Assembly: GCA_964234715.1 (NCBI GenBank)
Contig: OZ174279.1
Origin: Podarcis melisellensis
Lineage: Eukaryota
Reading direction: 5' to 3' (one strand)
DNA: 64,000 nt
This document shows, one piece after another, positions 50,544-63,501 of this stretch (positions are counted from its first letter, which is position 1; each line of letters begins with the position of its first letter). The notes under the pieces are model-generated. The model did no database searches and was not told the origin of the DNA. It saw only the letters and a program-made list of their open reading frames with translations. The position numbers and the translations under genes are program-made.

Positions 50544-53425
50544 TAATAATGTACCTGAGGGAAATGTGATGCCCCCCTCAAATAGCACCTCCCTTGTTGT
50601 TATGCTTGCCATGTGGGAATGCGTGGGAATGTCATTGGTAATACAATGTTTCTTGTGAAATTAGTGATCAGCAATTCAGCTTCTCCTTCCCATGCCCTGC
50701 TTACCCTATTCTGTTAACTTACTTCTTTATCATGTTTAATTATTTTCTTCAATGGAAGCTATCTGATTTCAGGCTGTGTAATTTCTCCTCTGCAATGCTT
50801 TCCCAGTAATACTGATTAAAATAGAAAACCACAGCAAGGCTTTTCTCCCCTTTCCCATCTCACATATTAGGTGAGCTTTTATTATTTAAAGTATTTGGTA
50901 CAGGCTAGATCCTGGCTTGGTTCCTGAGTCATTTCTCCATCTCTCCACTCCTCTTCATCTGCAGTTCCCCACCCTATTCCCAAGGGTCTCTCACCCCAGA
51001 AGCAGATTTTCAGGATATACAAGGGGCTGAAGGTGGGGTGGGGGGAGCAGGCAAACTTCATTTCATTCATGAAAAGAAAATCGGGTCTCAGACCTCTTGC
51101 AGCTTTTTTCTCATATGCAAGTGTGCATTTCTAGGAAGGCTGTGGAAGGGATTGGGCAAAACAGTCGCACAACTATTGTCCTTGCAGCAAAACCTCCTCC
51201 CTTGGCATCACGTGCAGATGCAATATTATCACTGGAATAAGGGACCTCCAAAATGCAAATGGCCTTTTGTTCCCTGGTAAATGAGATATTACATTGCAAA
51301 ACACTCTCCCTCTTCTATCTGTGGCCTCCAACATAAGGGGCAGGGATGCCTGAAGAGTGATGCCTGGAATAGACTCCCCAAGTGCTGCAGATTTGTACCT
51401 CTCACATTTGCCTTTTCTATTTTAAAGCTTCTCTCGTTTTCTATTTTAAAGCTGCTTCTCTCCTGAGTGTCACAAATGCTACGAGTACTTACACAAAGCA
51501 TCAGTCTCTTAAAACTGAGAGAGAACCAGAGCCAAACATGGGATGTCCCTCTAATAAGGAACAGTTGAGGTGGATGAGAAAGTATCACCTCTCGACCCTG
51601 TGCTTGACAGGAAAGCGAATGAAGCATGGCCAGGGATTTTTTTTTAGCATTGGCCTTTCTCAGCTCACATTTCCAGAAAGATGTTAAAAATTCAAATGTG
51701 CTCAAAAATGTTAAAAGTGAAGGTATGCGCCTGTTCCAAGTCGCCACCATATTTTATAGCCAGGCAGCGTCCATCTACCGTAATCCCTTTGTTTCTTTAT
51801 TTATGTAACATTTTTGCTCCGTTTGGGGGTGGTTACGAGTCTTAACTGATTCATAGCTCAGCTTTTTGCAGAGCTTATCTTAATTAACTAGCCGAGTAGC
51901 TGAGCTCTTGAAAACAGCTGTGGTTGCACGGAGCAACTTTGCTCAGGCAGAATGCATCTCTCATTTCTAACTAGCCAATGATATTGCCTGAGAATCCCTT
52001 GGTGCACAAATGCAGCAGCACTTTAGATAAAACATTCCAGAAGAAAATAGGGTGGGGGGAAGCAGCAACCTAAAAAGCACTGTAGTAGGCAGATCTCCTC
52101 CTTCCTTAAGAAATAGAGTCTGTGAGTGTGCCTATTGTAGGGCAATGAAATAATCAAGAGCCCACCCAATTCCCATAGAGCTTTCTGCAACCTCCCGGCT
52201 ATTTCCTGCTCCCAGGAGGCCTGAGGTGCCTAGACCTTGAGGTAAAAGCAGAGGAAACAGTAGGGCAAACACCAAATTCGTTCTCACTGCCTAAAGAGAA
52301 GATGGTGGCCTTTCCCTGCAGTGCAATTAATCCCCCTCCCACCTCCCTCTGCCTAGACCCAGAATTAATTACTTGATTAAAAACCCCAAGTGGTAGTTAA
52401 TAATAATCCCCTCAAAATTGGTCTTTGCTGTCATTTCCCCCCTCCCACAAACTCTCTTGCCTGCTCCTAACCAGTTAACATTTCCTCCTGCTCTGTCCTT
52501 CCCCTGTTTTCATTAAAGGTTTGAAACTAGGCAGATTTTTTTCTCCTGAGGGGGATTAGGTGCACTGAGAGAATTAAGGGCAAACGTCTGTGGATTTTCT
52601 CTCTCTCTCTGTGAGCATGCCCTTGATGCAGCGTCTGGAGGTGCCCAGTACCGATCCTGTACTAGCAGCTTTTGGCTGGAGACCAGCTTCTCTAAGCCAA
52701 GCTGTTGAGCAGATGATTCAAACTGAGTAGCCATTTTGGGATTGGTCAGTTAGGTCCAGCTTTCCGCCCTTCTCTCTTTTACAGGAACTCAGTATTTGAG
52801 GGCAGAGTAGGTTTTCCCCATCTGATAATGGTTTTTAATGCACACACAACAACACACAAATTCAAATGCCCTTCCCCAAAAGCCTGGGCAGAAAGATCTT
52901 TGCATGCCAACAAATCAGCATCAGTTCTACTGTCATTTGCATAGAGTAAGGCTTGCTACCACAGAGAAGAGAAAGTGAGCATTTGGAAGGGTTGGTTCTA
53001 AAATGCTTTGTTGCCCTCTGTATCTCTAGGTCTATGTATGCTCAGGTCTGTATAAATACTCTGCTACGGCCTCTGAAATGGTTTGGGTGGGCAGTGTTTC
53101 TGTCGGTGTCCTTCATTCGTTCCCCAACCCTAAAAATATAATAAATATTTATCAGATCCGGCAGAAGTTATCTAATTAGGGAAGATGTGTTCTGCATGAA
53201 AATAAATCCAAATTCCTACCCTAAATAATCTAAACTGCACATTGAAAATTGGGCTGCAACACATTGGAGTAATCCTATTCCCATTGGGGAGCAGCAAGGG
53301 GTGCAGTGCTTCTCCAACAAAGAGTAAACTATGCAGTGTCCTGCCTCCTCAACCATTGATATGGGAGGTGCTCTGTTGGTTAATCATTAGATTAACCATT
53401 AGATGATTAGGCAGGTAGATTTAAA

Positions 53426-53426
<1 letters not shown>

Positions 53427-53460
<34 letters not shown>

Positions 53461-53481
53461 AATAATAATAACAATAATAAT
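53427..53481. repeat. Compound (ATG)n(ATA)n microsatellite
   Basis: Tandem trinucleotide runs. Confidence 0.9.
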
Positions 53482-54618
53482 ACCTAATTAATTTAAAGAT
53501 TAGTACCCAAAAAAGTCATATGTGGTGGGTGCCATTTTAGGAGAGGTATTTCCCCATCTTTCTCCCTATGGAGGGAATGTTTCTTCCCTCCACTGTGCAC
53601 ATATAAAGTGTTGCCTAAAAAGCAAGAAACGTGTTCTTCTTTTGCAACTGTTGTTGTTTTCACTTATGGAATTTATGCAGAGTGGATTGATTTAAAACTC
53701 ATACAATTAAGGAGTTAACTTCAGTCAGATGACGGCTATTAAAAATAAAATAAGAATCCTGTGCTCGGAGGAAATCAAGCAGATCTTATCACCCACCATC
53801 ATGTTTTATAAAGCACCCCAAATTCTTCTGTGTGCTGTTCAATGAAAATCTTAAGAGGATGATGCTCTGCCTTTAGGTTCACACTCTGAATTTGGCCAGT
53901 ACAATGTGATGGCTAAAAGGGTGGGTAGATGGACAGAAGAGGAGGAAACAAAACAAAATATATAGACGTTTGTTTATTTTGGGGGGGAAATGATTCTTCA
54001 TTGGTTCAGAGTCGCCTGAAAGCACATGATGAAGCTCCTCCGCTGAAAGCTCGTGGAAGGCTTGGCTCTGCCTGGATAAGAGCTCTCTTGGGAAGTAGGT
54101 GTAAGATGCTGCGACTTATGTGGAGGTGGAGTGGGCTGCAAGTTTAATAAATAGATTGTCCTTTCCCTCTGTTTTATGGGAGACAGAGTCTCCTACCTGC
54201 CTTATATATATTCAAATGCCCACATGTTTCCAGGACTCCAAGTTCTGTGTGTTCAGTGATCACAACACATGGAACAAATCCAGCCTTGCTTTTTCTATAC
54301 AGCTTTCAGGTGTGGTTGTTTTTTTCCTCATCAATGGATAGGAGCTGATCCATATAGCCATGTTAATCAACATTATCTCCTTGTATACAGCCAATGTGGC
54401 ACATAGGATAAAGTGTCGGATCTCTTTAATCTTGCCCTGCTTTCTCTTTGTCTTTGGAATTGGAAAGAGATTTTTCACAAGGCAGGCTGAGTTGTACGGC
54501 GTGGCTTGCTTATTTAAGCCACGTGGGATCCGTGCCACAAATCTTATTTATTCCCTGTGATGTGCCTTGATCTTTCATTGTTGCCTAGTTAACCTAGTGA
54601 GTCATCATACTATGATTA

Positions 54619-54812
54619 TGGGAGCCGCTGTGATGTAATGGATAGAATGTTTGGCTTGAACCAGGGAGACCTAGATTCAGATCCCTGCTCTGACAAGAAT
54701 CTTCTTGAGTGGCCTTGGGCACATTGCTGTCTTTTAAGTCTGGCCTGCCCCAGAGGGCAGTTGCAAGGATAAAATGTCCTTGGCTTTTTGGAAGAAGGGC
54801 AGGTGCAAATTA
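54619..54812 (+). mobile_element. MIR-derived SINE (Squam3-like)
   Basis: GTGATGTAATGGATAGAATGTT...GGGAGACCTAGATTCAGATCCC...GGCCTTGGGC...GCAAGGATAAAAT. Confidence 0.6.
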
Positions 54813-57591
54813 AACAAACATGTAAACTGCAATTATCCACATGATAGTCGATCAGCAATAGCCACAGCAATTGGATAGAGCTTAATCATCATGTGAAATA
54901 ATTGTTGATCGGTACCATAGCTGGACAATGTTATCTGGGACAAAGGTTTGCATTTTACTGTTAAGATTATACACCAAACACATTTGTTGATGCAGAAGAT
55001 AAAGACTCTGCAGGACTAGTTTATCTGGATCTTTTATTATCACAAAAAGCTCATTTGCCAGAAATGAGATCAACTTCCCCAGCTGCATGAAGTCAACCAG
55101 GAAGCTTTCTCATCCGAAAAGGTGTTTGCCTAAAGCCCTTTCATCTCTCTTACGTCTTCCAAACCAGTGAAGATCCATTATAAATAATGTCCTTCCCCCA
55201 CACTTCAGAAAGGACTGAAAATTGCAATGTCTGGATTAATTTCTGCCCCATGCATTCATTGTGCCATTGTCAAAAGTGCCATTTTATTCCTCCCACCCTG
55301 GTCATTTCTCCAGATATGATAACTGGGCTGGATGAGGGCCTGGAAAAGCCAGCCTAGTGAAGGCACTTAACTAAAAATTGGGCACAATATGGAAGTTGAT
55401 ACCTTCAGTTGATATTACACTACAGCAGGCTTGCACAACTTGTGACCTACCGAGCATGTATACTGATTCATGTTTGTGTCTGTAGAAGACATGTTGAGTA
55501 CCTGGTGGGCTAAATGGGTCACAAGTTGTAGAGGCCTGCACTGGGCGAGATATATGCGTTCCAATATTATTGGTCTCTTTGGTTGCTGTACTATCAGTAG
55601 TATATATTCCTTCCACCACTTAATCTTCCATCTTCCTTCATAGTGTGCTCCTTCCTTCCTTCCTTTTTGCCAGATCAATCTAAAATGTATTACTTGGCAT
55701 TTCCTAAATCGTGCTGTTGATAACCAGAGTCAAACTCTTCTGTTATTTACGATGTCTATCTTCTTAGGTGTGTCAGTAGTACATTTTTTAAAAAGTACTT
55801 TAAAAATGGCAAGCAGCTATATGGTTTATTGATATAAGAATCATGACAATAATAAAAAAATCTCAAAAATTAAATATGAAGTAAAACTGAGGGAAAACTT
55901 ACATAAGCCTCAAACAGGACGGAGTCAAGTAAAATGAAAGCCGAACTCTTGTATATGTTACAGTGTTGCCCATTGTGTTAATAATAACCTTGAAATAATT
56001 AACTGTGAGAGCATGAGACTGTTTTTTTAAAAAAAATGTTTTAGATATGTGTTTGTTTTGTTTTTAAGTGTATTGGCTTCTGTTCAACGTAGTGCTAAGG
56101 TCATGGTTTCCTCAGCGCAAGGATTTTCCTTATACCACAATAATTTATTTCCATGTCCTCCACCAATGCGCTCCACAATCTGTTTTAGGGTTCTTCCAAC
56201 CTTCCAGAGCAGACTCAGAGGACTGTGTGGGGCACATGCAGTGGGAGTAGAGAATGATATTCCCATTGGATTAGTGGGAATTCTTGAAAGGGCTTCTGCC
56301 ACTGCAACTACCGTATTTAGTTGATTAAGGCCCATTATTTTGCTAATTTGTTGCTGTTTGCTGCCCTTGACTCCTGGGGGGGGGGTAGGGTCAGATAGAA
56401 ATTAAATAATTAAAATATTTCTAAATATATTAAGAAAAGCATGAGTGAGATACCTCTCAGGTTTTCTCACACCGAGATTCATACTTTTCAATTTTTGATT
56501 GACAAACCCATGACATTAATACATCTCCAGCATGGAATAGAATTGCCAGTCTACAAGCATGCTTGGGAAAGGTGAGGTTGGTGGGTAGAAACTTTTGCTG
56601 TTACTCTCTGAATATGATAAACTAAGCTTGTTCATGGCTTTGGGGATGGAGTTAAAAACACATTTATTCAGGGATTGATTAAGGATGCAATCGATAATCG
56701 CAGAGGTATCCCAGGAGCTATAGGATATTGTGAATCTCCCTTCACAGGCAAAGGGGGAACTGCATTGCTAGAGATCCTTTCTGGATGACTTCAGAAATTT
56801 CTGAGATTGTAGCTGTGATGGAGGCGGGGCTGAAAACAGGGTAGCTTGTGTGGATGTCTGCTCAACAGGATCCTTGTCTCCCTCATAGCACCAAACAGAA
56901 CCAGAAACCACTGGCACGAGACCATACCTAGTTAATTCCCTTGCTTAAGAGGCAGTTGAAGGGAACAAAAAAGACAGAAGCAAGGGCTTAGGAGATGGAG
57001 GGTACCTCTGTTGTTGATCTCCCACAACTGCCACCAGAAGGGTTGCTTTGCCTGTGGTCTTGAGCCGGTTACCCTGCCTTCAAGGGATCAGAGATGCCTT
57101 TTTAAGGGAACGGGCTAATGGTTAGAAGATGCCTTCAGTCTGATCCAGCATAGTATCCAATACCAAAAGGGAGATCTCACAAGTGAGGAGTGCAGGCCCT
57201 CCATCTTCTCCAAACTGGCTACACCATTGGCCATTATTGTTTTCCCTAGGTTATTTTTGTGGCTAACAAGAAATTTGTTGCTAACAAGAAAACAAGTTTT
57301 TGAGGGGATGGGGACTTCAGGATCAAGAAGTATTGGAGTTCTCCTCATGACATTTTAGCTCTCTGGGTATGTTTTTGAAAGCTCATGTAGGGAACTAGCC
57401 AGGAAACGATGGACGCTGCATATTTATAACACAGGATGGTCCTGAAAAGGCAGCTCATGTGTCTTCTAGAAACTTTATTCTTTTTTTGGAGCTTGGGAGG
57501 GAGACTGCTTTCCTTGTTCTTGTAATGTCACAGTGGCTGTGTGTGGGCATCGCGATGCACCATAGTTTATGCTTTAGCGTGGACATGCAGG

Positions 57592-58176
57592 TGTCAGATG
57601 TAGGTTAGTGATAAAAGAACACAGTGTTGGCGATGTTAACTCTTTAACGAAGAAACCAAAACAGCACAGGCTTAGTGATCCCAGCAGCTCTTCCTAGTAG
57701 GTCTTAACACCCAATGAGGCAGTTGCAAGGACTGAAGGTTCGCACCTTCCCACAGCTGCCTAAGTCCCCACCTCTCCAGGGTTTTTTCCAAGCAATTGGG
57801 GACAGTGTCTGCACGCAACAATCCTCTTCTCTTTTCATTTCTGTGTGTGTTGTGAGAGACCGGGGGGGGGGGGCTAGCTACAGCGGGAAGGGGAGACTCC
57901 CTGGATTCTTCAGCAGCCGGCCTCATCTCTGTCTCCTGGCCCTCCTCCTCTCCAGCCTCTGAAGCAGGACTGCTCTCTGCCTCAGGCTCTTCCTGCTCAC
58001 TAAACCCTGTTGCCTTTGGACACCTCCTTCCTTCCTTCTGCTCCTTCCCCCCCTCTGACCACTCAGGGTCATCCCACCACCAGTCTCCTGGCTCTGAGCC
58101 TCCTTCCCCTGGGGGTTCCCTTGGGGGTTTCCCAGCTGGTGCCTCCCACTACTCTGCCTCCAGCCAATCCATGACA
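57592..58176 (-). mobile_element. Solo LTR-like element (585 bp), possibly Gypsy-type
   Basis: TGTCA...TGACA termini; purine-rich minus strand; decayed polyA-like GTTAAA ~50 nt from the 3' end; no clean TSD (GCAGG/GCGAA). Confidence 0.7.
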
Positions 58177-58645
58177 GCGAATGACTCTCGTTTCACTGTT
58201 TCACTCAGCAGGAGAAACAAACAACAAAGCCAGACTTCACACTCTGTTCAAAGTGGTTTATTTTGCTACAAGCAAGTCATGATGTGAAGCCAAGCTTTTG
58301 CTCTTCGCTCCCCTTTCATAGTTTGTTTGAGGGTTTCCTGGCATGGACATTAACGCTAAACCTGGGCAACCTTGTTTGTTGCTCCCACTTGCGCAAGGAG
58401 ATGAACAAAGCAGTAGTCTTAGTCAATGGGTTTCTGTGAAGAGTGAGAGCTAAGAGTTCTAGAAGACATTTTGACTTATGGCTCTCACTGTAGGTGTGAG
58501 ATGCAAACTCCATTTGATACATTACATCAAAAGCAGTAATGCATAAGTGATTTTAAAATTATCCTGCTTCCAGGTAACTTGTAAACCAGTTCTGGAACAC
58601 ACTTTTTCTGACTCTTGATTTTCCTGTTTGTCCCTTTTCTTGCAG

Positions 58646-58741
58646 AAGATGCTCGTGAAGCAGCAGGACCGCCTGGAGGAACGCGAACAAGACATTGAGG
58701 AGCAGCTCTACAAGTTGGAGTCTGACAAGCGGCTGGTTGAA
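58646..58741 (+). CDS. TRIM8: TRIM8 coding exon 2 (coiled coil)
   Basis: Polypyrimidine tract plus TTGCAG; encodes KMLVKQQDRLEEREQDIEEQLYKLESDKRLVE; donor GAA/GTAACT; 96 nt. Confidence 0.97.
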
Positions 58742-59548
58742 GTAACTTGGATTTCTCTCTTCTTCCCTCCCCTCCCCGGTGTTAGACGCAAGAAGGATGC
58801 TGGGCTGCAATTACCCACCAGTCAAGGAAATACCTTGATAGAGGAACTGGGAAGGGAGAAAGTTTCAGCCAGCATAGCAATAATGGAATCCTAGGTTAGA
58901 AGACCTTATTCTGCCTGCCTGCTGTAGCTCCTAAGCAAACCCAGTAGCCAAAGTTTAAAGGACACAAGGGTGTGAAGTCTTTGGCAGAGAGAGCAAAAAT
59001 GGCTGACTCTGCAAGCATCTCTCCATACAGCTGTAAATCCAAGAACTTGCTTTGTTCAGCAGGGACGGACCTCTCAAGGTTTGGTTCCCATCATCCTATC
59101 CCTCCTGGTGCCTTACTTAAGTAACCCTACTTTCTTCTTCTGTGATGAGGAACAAAGACCAAGAGTCCTCACTCACAGCCTCCTTCTAGTTAATATATAC
59201 CCCATTCTCTTCCTGGTTGCCTGGTGTTCCCTCTGCAATGGCTACTAGTTTAGTTTCCCCCAAACTGGATAGCCACTTTATCCTGTTCCTTTACTGAACA
59301 ACTCTGTATTCTTGTGGCTCCCTCCTAGTCTGATCAAAGCAAAGTCAGTAACCTATGCTTTTTTGTTCTTCAGAAAAAAATTGAGAGCCTGCGTAGGTGC
59401 CCTAGGCATAGCTACTGCATAAAGGAACACCAGTCATTTAGTTTCAGAGTGCATCCTCCCCACCCAGCCTCAGTCACAAAAGATAAAGCAAGTAGGGATG
59501 AAGGGAGGCTAAGAAGAGGCATTTTTCTTCCCCCTTCTATACCACCAG

Positions 59549-59782
59549 GAGAAGGTCAACCAGCTGAAGGACGAGGTGCGCCTGCAGTATGAGAAGATGC
59601 ACCAGATCCTTGAGGAGGATCTGCGCAAGACGATGGAGATCCTAGACAAGGCCCAGGCAAAATTCTGCAACGAGAATGCTGCCCAGGTGCTGCACCTCAG
59701 CGAGCGGATGCAGGAGGCCAAGAAGCTGCTCAGCTCCGTTCAGGTCATGTATGACAAGACTGAGGACATCAACTTCATGAAG
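59549..59782 (+). CDS. TRIM8: TRIM8 coding exon 3 (coiled coil)
   Basis: Acceptor CACCAG; encodes EKVNQLKDEVRLQYEKMHQILEEDL...DKTEDINFMK; donor AAG/GTGAAG; 234 nt. Confidence 0.97.
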
Positions 59783-60337
59783 GTGAAGTGGGGGGTGTTT
59801 GGGGAAGGGAGGGTCTGGTGGAGCACTTAGCAGCAGGAATAAGGGAAGGACATGGAGCTTATGCGACAACCCCGACCCCAAAATGGCCGCTTTAAGCTGC
59901 CATATGCCTCAGCTTGACACAGCTTCACTTTCATCCACAGAAATGGAAGCTTCTGCTTTTCCCTCCTACCTTCCATGAATTAATTAACTGTTTGGCACAA
60001 CTGGGAGTCCCACTCATTCCCTACACTGGGCTACTTACCTGCCTAAAGAGCGTCATGAATGTTGTCTCTTGTGTGGCTAAATTGAGCCCGTAAGGATGAC
60101 CAAGCTTCAGAGGGAAGAGCTCAACCCAGGGTAGTTTCATCTTCCGAAAGATCTCAGAGATGCGGAGTAATGTTTATTTGTCAGGGTTACTTCTTGTTTT
60201 CTACTTGTGTGTAGATACTCAAGAACATGCAAAATGTGTGTGCTTTGTGACATTTTAAATTGTCATATCTAAATTGTGGAAGAACTGATTGGAAAAGGAT
60301 TGGGCACCCCTTTCTTTCTGTGTTACTGAGAGCAGAG

Positions 60338-60495
60338 GGGTGTTGGACATATAGCAGGGAGACTCAAGTTCAAATCCCCCCTTGGCCTTGAGCCGTTCAC
60401 CATCTCTGAGTCTAACCCACTTCACAGAGTTGTTCTGAAGAGAACACAGGAAAACTCAGTGTAGGCTACCCTGAGCTCTTTGGAGGAAGTGGTGG
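60338..60495 (+). mobile_element. MIR-derived SINE (Squam3-like)
   Basis: GTGTTGGAC...GGGAGACTCAAGTTCAAATCCCC...CTAACCCACTTCACAGAGTTGTT...CTGAGCTCTTTGGAGGAA. Confidence 0.6.
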
Positions 60496-62369
60496 CAAGT
60501 AGCACATTATCAGAAATGTGGAGCTGGCGGAGATCTCAGGGCATAGCCATGAATGCATATTAGGCAGCATTCAGGCTGAAGCTAAGGCAGCCTGGCCAGG
60601 CAGTGCCTGGAGCCCTAAGCCTAATCTACCTCACAGGAATGTTATTTAGAATAAGGAGCATCTGGCAACCCAAAGTTAAGGATTAAACTAGGAAGGTGTG
60701 CTAGCTGCCATAAGAAACACCAAGCATTTAAGGCCTGGGGAGGGGGATGATATATATATATATATATATGGACGGTTACTGCTTTGGAGTTAAGTTCCAC
60801 CAGGGAAAAGCTCAACATTTCTTAGGTTCAGGAAGATGGGATTTGCAATTTTAGGTGCTGCTTTGTATAACATGTCATACTAGGAGATTTCCGTTGCAGC
60901 TGGTGGGGCACCGACATGTCCCCAGCAGGTTTCCCTTTCCGGATTCCTAAACTGAATCTTGTCATGTCATGCAGCAGGCTAATGAATACAAGGGGCATCT
61001 CAACTTGTGCTCTGGTGTAAGATATTGCTGAGCAACCCCCTCTCGGGTTAATCTCCCCATCACATAGACCAGATGGCCCACTCCTCATTTTAGAAAGACA
61101 ATATGCCCTTGACCCCTTGAACAGTGCTGTCTGTCAAAAAGAGGCTTTCCAAGTAAATCTCAGCAGCTGATTGGCAGGGTATTTACACCCTACTGGAGTA
61201 TATCCCTTTAGCTGAGCTGATCCACCAATGTTGGCCTAATTGTGCTTCAATAAATATCCAGAACCTGGAGTGGTAGCCTGTAGCAAATGGATTTTTAAAA
61301 TTTTTTTTTGCCAGGGTGCAATATAGCTATATAAAATGGCCTTTGAGCTGGAGGACAGATTTTTTTGTTGGCATTGTTCTGACAGTAGGGAGATGACATG
61401 AGGCTAGAGTGGTGGAGGAAAATGAAAGCAATAGCCTCTGTAATCTTGTGCTTCAGAGTTGGTTTGTTCTGGACTGTAGCTAAAGTGACAAGTTAAAGTC
61501 TAGAATCAAGATGCTGATTTAACGATGTTTGGGGGGGGGGGAGCTGAAGTTCCCATAATAATAATAATAATCATCATCATCTGAATTAAAGAGGCAGTTT
61601 CTGCCTGGCACACCTGGTTTAGAGAGCATATTCACAAGACGAATGAAAACGGCCCTTCTAGTTCCACCTTTGTTATCTTGGAGGACTGGAGCCAAGCCAT
61701 AAATTACTCAGAAGAATTCTTCAAAGTGGCAGCATTTATTTTGCTTTTGTTAAGGTGTTGTGCACTGCTAAGGACTGAGCTTGAAATATGGTGGCAGATG
61801 CTTCCATTCAACAGAGGGGTGCAAAGGTGTTGTTGAAATAATAGACTTTTGGTATAGTAACAGCAACTTAGCATTACATAGTACTTCAAAGTGGATTACA
61901 TATATTATCATTACAACGTTTTTACAACAGCCCTGTAAAGCAGCTCAGCTTTATCTACCTTTAGTTCATTATAAGGAGCTGCATAATTCCGAGCCTAGTG
62001 ACCTACATGGCTCAGTACTGCAGCCCTGACTGGCATAGGACTTCAGGGCCTTGGCTTTGTCAGCCTTAGCCTTGTTACCTAAGATCCTTCTGCTGCAGAT
62101 GCATGGGCTGAATCTGGGATCTCTACCTGTGTGCTTTGCTCTGAGCTGTGGCCTCTCTCAGATAGTGCTGCTGTATCTGGGAAGTACAGTGTGTGGCTGT
62201 TTGTGAGGATGGGTGGTTGAGTAAGAGCAATGTCCTTCATATGAAATCAATGAGGGTGCGAGGGAGACGACAGAGAAATCTACAGAAATGGGAAAAGGTG
62301 CTGCTGCTGTGCCACAAGAGGTCTGCATGACTTACAGCTTCTGATTTCATTTTCTCTATTGCCTCCTAG

Positions 62370-62401
62370 AATACCAAGTCGGTGAAAATCTTGATGGATA
62401 G
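62370..62401 (+). CDS. TRIM8: TRIM8 coding exon 4 (32-nt small exon)
   Basis: Acceptor TTTTCTCTATTGCCTCCTAG; encodes NTKSVKILMD(R); donor AG/GTAAGA; phase 0 to phase 2. Confidence 0.95.
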
Positions 62402-63385
62402 GTAAGAAATCAATTTCCGGCAGTCTGGGTTTGGGTGAAGGAGGGTACATGTCTATGATACAGCTAATCTAGAGGATCTTCTTTGGGGAGAGCAGTAGGT
62501 ATCAAAAGGAGTGTTTTGTACACATCTTAAGCTACTGTTCTTCCCACGGCATTTGGGAAACCTTGCGATAGAGTTCCACCAGACTGTGGTCTACTTCATT
62601 CAGGTGGTCCTCAGCATGTTAAGTGGGGAGGAGTTTGGGAACTGCTGCTTTATCGGGGAGTTACAGTCTTGCTAGAAGTAGGGATGAGGTGCTACTGCTG
62701 AATTCTAGTGTTTATATCTTGAGCTCAGCACAGTGCTAAGAAGAGAAGAAGCCTTATTTACTGTGAAAGAATTAGGATGCATGATCTGTTTAGCTTTCCT
62801 GAAAGAAAGCTGAGAGAAAAATGGATTATAATGCCTCGCCACTTCCACAGGTAGAAAATACTTGGTACTAAAGATATATTTTCATGAATTGGAGGGAGAT
62901 GAGATGAGAACTCATTGACGAGCTGTGCAAAATCCAGCACAGTGTTTTCAGGGGCAATTCTAACCTGCAAGACAGGTTGTTCACACTTTGTAAGAATCTA
63001 GTTGACCAAATCCCACCTCTAAAAGAGTGTATCTTCTTGAACTGCACTCAAGTCATGCCTCTGTCTTATCTGTGGGTCCTGTGTTACTTAGCTGTAGGCA
63101 ATGTGTGTGTGTGTGCAGTAGTGGCGGGGGTGGGTGGGGACTCTTACAGCAATGGGTTCTGCTCTGTAGCTCCACTCACAATGCAAAATAAGAATAAAAT
63201 AAAACTGTGTTAGTGAAACTAGGTAATTTTGATCAGTATTTATGACAGGGAAATGTTGAAAGAGAATATGGTAGTGGTGAATGGAATCAAAGCGAGTAAT
63301 GTGGCGCGACAGGATAGTAGTAGGAGGAAAGTCAGTGCAGTACGTCAGTCTGTAATGTAGTATAATGCCCCCCCTTTTTTTAAAG

Positions 63386-63501
63386 GACCCAGAACTGCAC
63401 CGGAGGCAGTCTGCCCCCTCCCAAGATTGGCCACCTCAATTCCAAGCTCTTCCTGAATGAGATTGCCAAGAAGGAAAAACAGTTGCGGAAGCTTCTGGAA
63501 G
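63386..63501 (+). CDS. TRIM8: TRIM8 coding exon 5
   Basis: Acceptor CCCCTTTTTTTAAAG; encodes (R)TQNCTGGSLPPPKIGHLNSKLFLNEIAKKEKQLRKLLE(G); donor G/GTGAGT; 116 nt. The gene continues beyond the window. Confidence 0.96.
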
